IMG/VR virus record: IMGVR_UViG_3300036982_000125
Coordinates: 11,637-75,636 of that record
Length of the DNA stretch: 64,000 nucleotides
Origin: a virus
Taxonomy: Duplodnaviria > Caudoviricetes
Direction: 5' to 3' (one strand)
Both the position numbers and the translations under genes were made by a program. Positions 1 through 10,600 of this stretch are shown here, in pieces. A model generated the notes under the pieces. The model was not told where the DNA came from and ran no database searches. It saw only the letters and a list, made by a program, of their open reading frames with translations. Positions within the stretch are counted from its first letter, which is position 1. Every line of letters starts with the position of its first letter.

Positions 1-2394
1 TATTACTATATCCACAATCATATCCGCTTGTGGAGGGAATTGAGCATAAAATGTTGCTACGCCTGATGCAACCCCTACAAATGGTAATACTTGCGAATTG
101 TATGCAGTTAAATAACTTGAATTTTGAGGTGTTACTGATACTTCCGAAGTTGTATCAACATTTACGTTGCTAAACGCATAAGTATAATATCCACTAACTA
201 ATGTCCAAGAGCCTACTGCTAATGTTTGTGATGTAAGTTTTATAGGTGTACCACTAATCCCATTACTTCCATCTACACCACTTGTACCTGATGAACCTGT
301 AGTACCTGATGAACCAGCTGTACCGCTTGAACCACTAGATCCAGCTGTTCCACTAGTACCTGTACTTCCAGATGTTCCACTAGTTCCACTTGAGCCAGAG
401 GTACCTGAAGTACCAGTTGTTCCATCAGTACCTGAAGTACCTGAAGTACCTGATGTTCCTGAACTACCTGAACTTCCTGAACTTCCTGAAGAACCACTAG
501 TAGATGATGAACCGCTAGTACCTGATGTACCATGAGACCCATCACCACCTGTTGCACCATCTAAGTTTACATACCATGAGCAAAAGAATCCTGAACCAGT
601 TTGACCTGTCACTTGGAAACTTAATACACCAGTAGTTGGGTTATATGCTGTAATAATAGCTTCATTATGTATGAAAGCATCATTTGAATAAGTTATAATT
701 ATACTTTGTCCTAATGTATATGAAAGTAATGTACCAACAGTGATTGTACCTGTGCCACCAGGTGCTTGAATAGTATAGCATGTACCTGATGTTGTTGCAT
801 ATTTATCTCCTGAATATCCTGATGTACCTGATGTAGCAGAAGATCCAGAGCTTCCTGATGTGCCTGAGGACCCACTAGTAGCTGAAGTTCCACTTGTACC
901 AGATGTTCCCCCAGTACCATTAGTTCCTGAAGTACCTGCGGTACCACTTGTTGCAGAGGTTCCAGCAGTACCAGAAGATCCACTAGTGGCAGATGTACCT
1001 GATGTTGCTGAAGTTCCTGATGTACCAGTAGTTCCTGAGGTACCAGTAGTACCACTAGTACCAGATGTACTTCCTACAGCTACACCTATTTGTTTTGTAG
1101 TGATAATAGCAGAAGGTGCAGCAGGTGCACTGTATGGAGAAACTTTAGATGGTTTAGCTGTTAATGTAATATTTTGACTTGTAGAAGAAAATATAAGTTC
1201 TAAATAATCATTAGCTTGTAATTCTAATATAAAGGATACATATGGTAGTTGTAATGTACCATCTATTACAATACTTAGATATGAATCTGTTCTAACAATA
1301 TTATTACCATTTTTTTTAATCCATATTTCTATGTCTGCAATTGGACCACCTGTTTTCTCTACTTGTAAAGAATATCCAAATTCATATATACCAGCATGTG
1401 GATATCTAATCTGTTGACCAAAGTCTAGAATAATACCATTTGCTATTTCTGTTGTATTATATGTAACTACTGTTGGCGTGTTTGCAGCTATAATAGGTTG
1501 ATTAGCATTATTAGAATAACTTGCAAACCAATTAGCTATAGCAGCTCCTGAAGAACCATTCAATCCACTTGTTCCACTTGTACCTCTAGTTCCAGATGTA
1601 CCAGTTGTACCAGATGTACCAGTTGTACCACTACTGCCAGATGTTCCAGAGGTTCCTGATGTAGAAGAAGTTCCAGAAGTACCAGTAGTTCCGCTTGTTG
1701 CAGAAGTTCCGCTTGTACCTGTTGTACCTGAAGTTCCTGCAGATCCAGAGCTACCTGAAGTTCCATTGCTTCCATTTCCTCCTACTGCACCTTCTAAGTT
1801 TATATCCCATGAACAATAATTACCGCTACCAACAACTAATATAGGATTACTAAAAACTAATTCTCCTGTAATATGATTGTATGTAATAACAATACATTCT
1901 TGATAATTGAATGCATTATATGAAATAACAATAGATTGTCCAGGAGTGTAAGACAATCCTGTAGCAATAGTGATTGTTCCATCATCACCTAATGTAATAC
2001 AATCAGTTGAGGTTGTTCTATAAAGATCACCCTGCACTCCTGAGCTTCCACTTGTTCCTGATGTAGCAGATGAACCACTAGTTCCTGTAGTTCCACTAGT
2101 TGCGGATGTTCCACTAGTTCCAGAACTTCCACTAGTACCAGTGGTACCAGAAGTGCCTGAAGTGGCAGAAGTACCACTAGTTCCTGTAGTACCTGATGTT
2201 CCACTGGTACCAGAAGTACCACTAGTTCCATCAGCACCAGCACCAGAACAAAGTCTATCATTAATTTTCTTTAATGCAGACTCAATTGTTTCATTAGTAT
2301 TTATACCAGTACATACCAAGTTAGGCCCTTCGTAAAATACGCAAGCTGAACTTAATATAATAGAGCAAGGATTAGCTGCACAGATTACACTCAT
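1..2394 (-). CDS. Collagen-like tail/head fibre protein (partial, runs off window start; >=798 aa)
   Basis: Not in ORF track. ATG at 2394 (MSVICAANPCSIILSSACVFYEGPNL). The same frame was open wherever I spot-checked it down to base 1. Four G-T-S/G-S-S triplet tracts are separated by globular domains, two of which are paralogous, plus a C1q/BclA-CTD-like domain at ~1080-1550. Confidence 0.85.
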   Translation of the reverse strand, partial: MSVICAANPCSIILSSACVFYEGPNLVCTGINTNETIESALKKINDRLCSGAGADGTSGTSGTSGTSGTTGTSGTSATSGTSGTTGTSGSSGTSGTSATSGTTGTSGSSATSGTSGSSGVQGDLYRTTSTDCITLGDDGTITIATGLSYTPGQSIVISYNAFNYQECIVITYNHITGELVFSNPILVVGSGNYCSWDINLEGAVGGNGSNGTSGSSGSAGTSGTTGTSGTSATSGTTGTSGTSSTSGTSGTSGSSGTTGTSGTTGTSGTRGTSGTSGLNGSSGAAIANWFASYSNNANQPIIAANTPTVVTYNTTEIANGIILDFGQQIRYPHAGIYEFGYSLQVEKTGGPIADIEIWIKKNGNNIVRTDSYLSIVIDGTLQLPYVSFILELQANDYLELIFSSTSQNITLTAKPSKVSPYSAPAAPSAIITTKQIGVAVGSTSGTSGTTGTSGTTGTSGTSATSGTSATSGSSGTAGTSATSGTAGTSGTNGTGGTSGTSGTSATSGSSGTSGSSGSSATSGTSGYSGDKYATTSGTCYTIQAPGGTGTITVGTLLSYTLGQSIIITYSNDAFIHNEAIITAYNPTTGVLSFQVTGQTGSGFFCSWYVNLDGATGGDGSHGTSGTSGSSSTSGSSGSSGSSGSSGTSGTSGTSGTDGTTGTSGTSGSSGTSGTSGSTGTSGTAGSSGSSGTAGSSGTTGSSGTSGVDGSNGISGTPIKLTSQTLAVGSWTLVSGYYTYAFSNVNVDTTSEVSVTPQNSSYLTAYNSQVLPFVGVASGVATFYAQFPPQADMIVDIVI

Positions 2395-2409
2395 TAGATG
2401 GGTAGATTA

Positions 2410-2799
2410 TTAGTGAACGATTTTAAGAAGATCTCCTGTACGATACACTTGACCAGCAATTAATCCAGCAAACAAAGCAGCTGAGTTATTAGCATATTCA
2501 GGTGTTGGTATAGGGGCTGTTAATACAAGACTCCAATCAGCAGCTCCTGTACCTATAGCTTTAGCAAAATACAACAAAGACTTAGCTGTATTTAAATAAG
2601 TTTGTCCTAGATATGTAGCAGAGCTACTAGGAGCAGTGGTACCAGATAATGGTACTAAGTTAGTATTAATCTTAGCTAATACAGATTGAAGATCCTCTAA
2701 AGGATTCACCTTTATATTAGTAAGATAGGGGCCATTGTATACAATGCATAAAGCATTCTCATACACAGCACATGTTGGGCAAATTGCAGCTGTTCTCAT
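2410..2799 (-). CDS. Small fibre-associated structural protein
   Basis: 129 aa. N-terminal CIVYNGPYL..I...DLQSVLAKIN module shared with four other fibre genes; C-terminal GQVYRTGDLLKIV. Confidence 0.65.
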   Translation of the reverse strand: MRTAAICPTCAVYENALCIVYNGPYLTNIKVNPLEDLQSVLAKINTNLVPLSGTTAPSSSATYLGQTYLNTAKSLLYFAKAIGTGAADWSLVLTAPIPTPEYANNSAALFAGLIAGQVYRTGDLLKIVH

Positions 2800-2804
2800 G
2801 TGAG

Positions 2805-2835
2805 CAAAGTTAAGTATTAATTATATATTTTGAAA
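2805..2835 (-). promoter_or_regulatory. Putative Bacteroidota sigma promoter
   Basis: TAACTTTG (2812-2805) matches the TAnnTTTG -7 box. The -33 position reads TTTC (imperfect). It lies only 5 nt from the ATG at 2799. Confidence 0.4.
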
Positions 2836-2873
2836 GTGTTGGTAATAAATACCTGGTATAATATAGCGTTCGA

Positions 2874-5800
2874 TTATCTTCTAGCTTCTTTAGAAACTCT
2901 AACTCCCAATTCTTTTGCAAGTTCTGGGTTTGTATAAGGAAGAGCTTCATTTAAACCTTGAGATAGTCCTGGGATTATATTTAATATGTATTTTAATCCA
3001 TGTGCTTTTTCCATCATTTCTTCATTGTCTGTAGCTATCCCATATCCTTCTGTAGCTACTTGATCTACAATTTTAAATGCTTTAGATAAAAGTCCTACAG
3101 ATGGAAGTAAACTTCCTTTAGTTATAGACTCAAATGATATTGGATTATAATAGAAAGAAACCTCATCACTAATTTTGTTTATAGTTTTTGAATACCACTT
3201 ATATGCATTCTTTTCAGCATCTGTAGCATCTTCTGGTGGTTCAGCAGCTGCTGCAGCAAATACAATTGATAGTAAACCTATTAACAATTTAAGTTCCTTC
3301 ACTTGATTTTGTAACTGATCTCTCATTAGATCATAAAACTCTTCTTGTGTTATCTCTAACTCTTGACCAGTTCTTTTATAATGCTCTATTTTTTTAGCTT
3401 CTAATAATTCATCTAATATTTTAAGTCCTTTCTCTGTTCCATTAATGATATCAATCATTGATGATATATTAGATTTACCTAAGAAAGCTACTGTTTTAAA
3501 AAATGCTCTTGTTCTACCATACTCCCATGTATCAAGTTCAACATTCTTTTTAATATCCATTCCTCTTGCTGTAACAAGTTTAGGAATCCAGTTCTTAAAC
3601 ATCATAAATGAACTAAACATTGTATCTCTTCTATAGTCAGCTTTGTTAGTAGTACTCATTTGACCATTTAATGTTCTAGCATATTCTGATACTGTAAGAC
3701 TAAACTTAGCAACATTTAAATCACTCACTCCTGGTATAACCATTTCACCATTTTCTATCTTAGATATATTCTTTAATGCTCTAGGATCTTTTTTTAATTC
3801 AGTCACTCTGCTTTCAAATGTAGCTTCTAATGTTTTCCTTTCACTGGTTGATAAAGTATATTTAGTAGATCTATCTTGAGCTCTTAAATACTTTCTAATG
3901 TTTCTAATTTCTCCATCAATTACAATTGAGTTATCAATAAAACTTAATGCATTAGCATATTGTAACTTTCTTTCAGGAAAGGAGTTAGTAACTTGCATAA
4001 CATCTGTAAAAGACCATGTAGATAGATATTCTTTAAATCCTTGTTTCCAAGCTATACTTCTTCTTTCTTCCATTGTAACATCTTCATTTAAAGGATGTAT
4101 TAAATCTAGTAGTCCTCTTTCTATTGTAGTTAGTTTACCAGTAGTAACTTTTATATTATTTTTTTCAAAATCACCAAAAAAGTTATAGAATCCTCCAGCT
4201 TGTATATATGCAGTGAATTGATTACCAAACCAGTTAGCAATTGCAATAGCTGGTTTAAGACCTACAGCTAAAGATTGTACCCATGTATCTGCTGTAGCTA
4301 TTATTTTCTTTGTAGCCACTTCAACTTTCTCTGCTCCTTCTTCTGTCTTACCTAATTTAGAAGCAGCTGCAGATATAGTTATATTACCTAATGAGTTTTG
4401 ATTTTCTGTTAGGTTATATAGATAGTCATTAATAATAACTTTTAAAAGATCAGCATTTTTGTTTTCATCAAGGTTCACTTTAGGTTTTATACTACCAGGT
4501 TCAAATACCACTTTACCATTTTCTATTATAAGACTTCCCTTAGCAGATTCTATAGAATGTAATGTAAGAAGTTGGCTTTCTAAATTCTTTTTATTTTCAT
4601 ATTCCTCTATAGCTTTTATCCAAAGACTTCCCACTTTATTAAGATCTGTAGAAAGTTGTTCAATAGCTTTATCTGTTTTTGTAAAAAGTTTAGGAATAAC
4701 TAATTTAACCTTTCCTGTTTCAGGATCATTTTTAGAAAACTGTTGTTCTTCATTTACTTTTATCTTATAAAAATCTTGAAAGAAATCTTTTGTTTGTCCT
4801 GCTAAACTACTAGTTTGATAAAACTTCTCTAATATAGTGGCTTCCATTAATGGAAAGAATGAATCTTTATACTCTCCAAGATAACCCATTCCTTCTGCTC
4901 TTTCATTTAACTTAGTAAAAACATTCCAAACATCCAAAGCTGCTTTACTTTTAGACATCTCTATGTATTCTTTAGAATAATTTTTATCTTGTTTAAATGA
5001 TTTGCTAAATAAATATCCAAATGTTTTATCATTATACCCATTAAAGGAATCACTAGTTATATCTAATGCATTATTGATAGCATCAATAGCGTATTGTTTA
5101 TATCTCTCATTGATTTCTGGATCAGATGCATATTGTCTTTTACTAGCATCTATAGTTCTTTGTTCTATAGCTGTTTTAGAAAGAGCTTTATATTCTTCTA
5201 AGTTTACATTATCTAAGAAGAATTGTTTGTTCTTATCTTCTTTAGCTTTATTAACCTTTACCCAAAACTCAGGATTAATTTTTTTAATAAGTGACATTCC
5301 ATCTTTAGACTTTGTAGCAATCATATCAAAAGCTTTTACACCTCTTGCTTTTGCTTCTTTCTCCAAAGGGATAAGTAACTCTCCAAACTGTTTTATTTGT
5401 TTTCTAACCTTACCATCTACAACTTTCTTAGCTACCATTATCAAATTAGTAGTTAAGTTTATTAACATAGAAGATAGTTTACTAGATTCTAAGAAAGATT
5501 TTGACATTCCTACAATACTAGCTTCTGCATCTAGTACAGACATTTTAGTTCCTTTTACTACCTCTCCATTTACCATAGTATCTTCTGTTGTAAACTTTTC
5601 TCTTAGAGCTATCTCTACAACAAATTGTTTCTGAAGATCATCTATCACCTTCAACATATTATCTGTAGATCTAGATATATTAGTTAAGTCATCTAATACT
5701 TTCTGTCCTTCTTTAGTTAGTTCTTTTCTAGGATAGTATGAAAGAAATGTATCTCCTAAATCTGCATATTTTTTTGCTCCTTCTTTATAAGAAATTAAAT

Positions 5801-7682
5801 CTTCTAGTTTTTTATTTAACTCAACATCATTAAGTTCTGCAAACTTTATACTATTAAACTCCTTTAATGTATCTGCAGCATTGTTTAAGAATGTTTTACC
5901 AACATTAACTAATGGTTCAAAATTAAGTTTTAAATGTAAGAAACGAATAGCTTTACTAAGTTCTGCTAAATCAGCAATCTTTTTATCTTTTTCTGCAAAT
6001 GATGTTTTCTTATTCCATAACTTATCCCATTGAGCTTGTAATGATACAATTAATTTATCTACTGCTTCATTACCTGTAGTCTCTGTAATAATTGGTACAG
6101 GTAATAAATAAAGATTAGTTTCTTCTAAAGAATTAAGTTTACCTATTTCCATAGACTCTGGAACTAATCCAGATTTTTTATCTCCTGCTATTTTATAATT
6201 GTAATTTAATATAAAAGGTATCATACGTGCTTTACCTATTTGACTTTGGTTAGCTCCATATGTATAATCAATAGCAACAAACTGTCCCATTTGTGGAACC
6301 CAATCTTTTATTTTATCTCTTGATATATCTTCATATAAAGTTTTATCCACTGTAGTGAATTTCCAGTCAAGAGTATCAATTTTCATATCCCAAGTTCCAT
6401 CTTTCTTTTGTACAGGATAAATAGCTTTAAAATCTACGGTGGAACCAATCATACCTTTTTCTTTAAGGTTGATTACTTTTTCTTCTATAAGAAATCTTGT
6501 TCCAGCTGGATAAGATGCAATTAACTCTTTATTAAAATTGTGTAATTGTTTTTGTAACTCTAGAGGAAGTTTAGATTTTATTGTATTATTTAATGGAGTG
6601 GCATAAGCAAATCCTGTAGCTTTATCAATAAAATTAGTTTCAAAATCATTTTGTTGAAATGCATGTCCTGCATCTCCCCAATCTTTTTTCTGATCATCAC
6701 TAACTTGTTGCTCTGGTGTTCTTTCTGGAAACTTTTTGTTCTTCTTAACTTTCTCTGTAATAGTTGTAGCTACTCTTTCTCCTTTAAATGTATAATGTCT
6801 TTTATCTATTACATCTCCTTTAGCATCTGTTTTCGCAGGATTAAGTATCATGTCCTTAGAATAATCTCTAGCCTTATTAAAATAGTTAGTAATTTTATTT
6901 GTTACACTATCATCCACTTGAAAATAAATTCCATCAGTTTTTATATCAGCTACAGTACCTGCTTTACCAGATGTAACTTTAGTACCAGCTGTTTGGAATA
7001 TATCAATATTGGATTTTCTATAAACTCCTCTAAGCTTATCAAGAATCATATCCCACAATCTTTGAATCATATTTCTAGTTTCCTCTTCCATTAGTTCAGG
7101 ATATTCTGTAGAACCTTCAGATTGATAAACTACCACCTCAGATATAAGTTTATCCACAGCTTCTTTTTTAATCTTTCTAATGTTAGGTTTTCCATTAGCA
7201 AGTTGATATTCTTTCTTCTTACTATATACATCTAATGTTTGTTTGTATATTTTGAATCTATCTATCTTACTGATAAGTTCTGTAATAAGTTTAGGATCTG
7301 TTTGTTCTAATATAGCTGTTGTTATGTGAACAATTTCTTCTACCAATGCTACACCTTCTTTACCTTGTGCAATAGCCACTGCTCCTTTCATAAGGTCAGC
7401 AAGTCCATTTACATTTTTAACATCTATACTAGGAGCTGATTTAGCATAATCAAATAGGTCTTGAATGTCAATACCCATTTGTTCTGCAGCAGCTCTCATT
7501 GTATTCAATGTTTCTTCTGCTGCTTTAGATGCAGGCATATCTTCTGATTGAAATAATATAGGTTGTTGTTCTCTCTCAGGAACATTTCCTTCATAAAGAT
7601 CCCATAGAGCATATGCTACATCTTCTCCTCTAGATGATACTAATAATTTCCATTCTTCTAGGTTGGTATTTGGACAACTCAT
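2874..7682 (-). CDS. Large ejected (internal virion) protein with PD-(D/E)xK nuclease-like domain
   Basis: 1602 aa, adjacent to the virion RNAP. Motif series WGDAGH...IEEKV...GSTVDF...IDTLDWKF; degenerate zincin-like EEIVH; hydrophobic LLIGLLSIVFAAAAA near the C-terminus. Confidence 0.7.
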   Translation of the reverse strand: MSCPNTNLEEWKLLVSSRGEDVAYALWDLYEGNVPEREQQPILFQSEDMPASKAAEETLNTMRAAAEQMGIDIQDLFDYAKSAPSIDVKNVNGLADLMKGAVAIAQGKEGVALVEEIVHITTAILEQTDPKLITELISKIDRFKIYKQTLDVYSKKKEYQLANGKPNIRKIKKEAVDKLISEVVVYQSEGSTEYPELMEEETRNMIQRLWDMILDKLRGVYRKSNIDIFQTAGTKVTSGKAGTVADIKTDGIYFQVDDSVTNKITNYFNKARDYSKDMILNPAKTDAKGDVIDKRHYTFKGERVATTITEKVKKNKKFPERTPEQQVSDDQKKDWGDAGHAFQQNDFETNFIDKATGFAYATPLNNTIKSKLPLELQKQLHNFNKELIASYPAGTRFLIEEKVINLKEKGMIGSTVDFKAIYPVQKKDGTWDMKIDTLDWKFTTVDKTLYEDISRDKIKDWVPQMGQFVAIDYTYGANQSQIGKARMIPFILNYNYKIAGDKKSGLVPESMEIGKLNSLEETNLYLLPVPIITETTGNEAVDKLIVSLQAQWDKLWNKKTSFAEKDKKIADLAELSKAIRFLHLKLNFEPLVNVGKTFLNNAADTLKEFNSIKFAELNDVELNKKLEDLISYKEGAKKYADLGDTFLSYYPRKELTKEGQKVLDDLTNISRSTDNMLKVIDDLQKQFVVEIALREKFTTEDTMVNGEVVKGTKMSVLDAEASIVGMSKSFLESSKLSSMLINLTTNLIMVAKKVVDGKVRKQIKQFGELLIPLEKEAKARGVKAFDMIATKSKDGMSLIKKINPEFWVKVNKAKEDKNKQFFLDNVNLEEYKALSKTAIEQRTIDASKRQYASDPEINERYKQYAIDAINNALDITSDSFNGYNDKTFGYLFSKSFKQDKNYSKEYIEMSKSKAALDVWNVFTKLNERAEGMGYLGEYKDSFFPLMEATILEKFYQTSSLAGQTKDFFQDFYKIKVNEEQQFSKNDPETGKVKLVIPKLFTKTDKAIEQLSTDLNKVGSLWIKAIEEYENKKNLESQLLTLHSIESAKGSLIIENGKVVFEPGSIKPKVNLDENKNADLLKVIINDYLYNLTENQNSLGNITISAAASKLGKTEEGAEKVEVATKKIIATADTWVQSLAVGLKPAIAIANWFGNQFTAYIQAGGFYNFFGDFEKNNIKVTTGKLTTIERGLLDLIHPLNEDVTMEERRSIAWKQGFKEYLSTWSFTDVMQVTNSFPERKLQYANALSFIDNSIVIDGEIRNIRKYLRAQDRSTKYTLSTSERKTLEATFESRVTELKKDPRALKNISKIENGEMVIPGVSDLNVAKFSLTVSEYARTLNGQMSTTNKADYRRDTMFSSFMMFKNWIPKLVTARGMDIKKNVELDTWEYGRTRAFFKTVAFLGKSNISSMIDIINGTEKGLKILDELLEAKKIEHYKRTGQELEITQEEFYDLMRDQLQNQVKELKLLIGLLSIVFAAAAAEPPEDATDAEKNAYKWYSKTINKISDEVSFYYNPISFESITKGSLLPSVGLLSKAFKIVDQVATEGYGIATDNEEMMEKAHGLKYILNIIPGLSQGLNEALPYTNPELAKELGVRVSKEARR

Positions 7683-7683
7683 A

Positions 7684-10600
7684 TTAACATTTATTATTTT
7701 TGATTATTTCTCCTGCGTCTATAAGATTGTATCCTAAAGATATAAGCATTTTTGTATTTAATTGATCAGCAGTGTATGTATTACCATCCTTTAATGTTAC
7801 TCCTTCAGATTTAACTTCTGGTGCATTTCCTTTATATATATCTACAATAACATCATCTTCCACTTCATTCACTTTATCAAATCCATTATCAAGAACAGAC
7901 TGTTGATTTGTTGTATAAAACTCTTGTGCTCTGAATGAATCACCCCAAGCATTGATTGCTTTGTATATATATTTTGTATACACTCTTCCATTTGATTCTG
8001 TAACTTGTGTAAGAGGAATTATTTTATCATTAGCATCTCTTGTATACACTTTCTTCATTAACACTTTATGTTGATGTTGTGTGTCACCATTTTTTCTTCT
8101 TAGTATTCTTTGCTGTGAAGAAATAACATCTTCATATGTAAATACAACAAAATCATTTCTTCCTGCTTCTGACATAGGACTAAGTCCTATTAACTTAGGA
8201 ACAGTTTTGTTATTCACTGCTGTTGTTAAAGAGTCAACTAATTTTGTATCTGGTTTGAACATATAAAAACCATCACCTTTCTTCTTAGGCATTTTTTTAA
8301 TTGTCTCTCTTTTATATGTAGCTACATCACTATTATTCCAATTAGTTCTTTGAAAAACATCTAGTTCTTGAAATTGTGCTAAGTTAGGAAGTTTTTCTAA
8401 TATAGACAAGGTTTCATTATATAATCCTTTAAAATCATTATAAGGAAGAAGGTTAGTAAATGCAATAGGAGAATTAGTTAAACCTGATTGTAACAATGCT
8501 AGTCTAGTTAATTTACCATACAATTTCAAATTATCTTCTTCTCTTAATGTTTCTCTTAACTCATTGAATCCATATATAGTTAAGTTTTGATCAAACACTT
8601 TGTTATCTCTGTTATCTAATATAAGATTAATAGGAGCATTTTTTTTACCTCCTTGTTTGTCATTTTGATCTATAGATAATGAATTAAGAATAATGTTATT
8701 GAATAATTTATGTTCTGGTTTAGGAGCTATTCCTTTTACTGGATTACCTAATATAGAATCTCTATAGTCAATAATTTGTTCAGCTGCAGATTTCTCTGTT
8801 TCTGATCCTAGTAATACTGTTGCAATTTTTGTATTAACATTAGAATTAGTTTGTACAGCCCAATCAAATAAATCATTTACAGTTTTTTGTGAAAGCTTAA
8901 CAAAATCTCTATCATTCATATCTGTATATTGTTCCAGAACATTCTGCAACACTTGTCTAACATTTCCTCTATCTGACATTAATATTTCAGAGAATGCATC
9001 TCTATAGTCAAATATCTTATCTTTCAATTCTTTTACAAAAGATCCTGAAATAATATCATCTACAGAAGAGATAATAGTTTTTCTAGAATTTATTAATTGA
9101 ATCATTTTCTTAAATACTAAATATGGATCATTGATATTAGCTGTATCATAGTTTGAAGCTTGTGACACTTTAAACATATGTGAAGCCATTTTAGAATATT
9201 TCAAGAACTCTTTCAACATATATTGTTGTTGTAGTTTTTGAAGATCTGACATACTTGATTTAGGAGCTGCATTATTATACTTAAGCATTTTGTATAAATC
9301 TGTTTCTGAAGGAATTCCTTTTATAGATGTTCCCTGTTTGGTAAATTCTACACTAGGACTATAAGCATCTAGTTTATCTTCTATCATATCATCAATGTAC
9401 AACCATGAATATCCTTTGTTCTCAATACCACGTAAGTAGTCTTTGATAATAGGTTGATTCATAAAGTATGCTACAGTGTCAATAGGTACACCTAAATCAA
9501 TAAGGAATAACCATGTAGAAGCTACGTTTGTTGTTGCTCCAAGTTTGATAATCCAGTCACCTTTAGAGATATCCACATACCCATCAATAAACATTCCATT
9601 AATATCTGATATGTATTCTCCTGCTTTATTTTTAATCCATGAAAGCATTGGTCTACGTTTTCCATTAACTATTGCAGAATTATATTCTTGGAAGTTAATA
9701 TCTGTATCTTTAGCAAAAATACTAGAATCTGAATTATATCCAAGAATAATTTTATCTTGTTCATCTATTAAATCTCCTTCTAGTCTATCTACATCTATAT
9801 ATGTAACACTACGTTGTCTTTGAGCATGTCCTGTTTGTCCTTGAGCAGCAATACCTAAAGCAGCTTTACCACCGACAAAAGATTGTCTTAAACTAGACAT
9901 AAATGTTCTACTCAACATATTACCTACATTACCAAAATCTGCTTTCTCATAACCCATTTCTCTTTGAATATCAATAGAAAGATTTTTTAATGGTGTTGCA
10001 TCATTAGGTTTAACTAAGTTGTCATAGTTTAATGGATTAGCTATAAGGTTTTCTAAAGATTGTATGTAGGCATTCTCTAAAGATTTTTTATACATACTAT
10101 CTACATACTCTTCTTTTAAAGATTCACTAAATAATCTCTCGTTTAGTTTTTTCTCTTTATCACCAGCTTTTACAATTTGATTAAGCATATAATCACTAAG
10201 AGAACTTTCTTTATCTTCTGCTTGCTCTTTTATCATATTAATGATTCCAGAGTTAGCATCATAGAATTTCTGCTGATTGTCTGTTAGTATATTATCATTA
10301 TCTAATGCTCCAGCTAAATCAAATATATTTTCTCTAAACCCTTCAGATTTAGTAAGTTTTTCAATTTGTTCTTTTATATCTTTTTCATATATAGCTGCAA
10401 ACTTATCCTTAGCTTGTTGACCATATCCATAAAAAGGAACTACTCTTAAATTACCTTTAGTATCTTCATATAATGATTTTAAATAAATTGATAATTTATC
10501 AATATCAAAATCCGATCCTGCTTTCTTAACAAGAGCTGAAGGAATAATTACTGAATCACCAAAGTCTTTTGGAAGAAATTGTTTAATTCTAAATACATCA

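Noticed and set aside
273-2335. ORF-track entries 273-560, 711-1055, 860-1177, 1560-1775, 1989-2261 and 2141-2335 (V/L/Q/E or VP repeats)
   Set aside because: Alternative-frame and antisense shadows of the G-T-S repeat gene at 1-2394.
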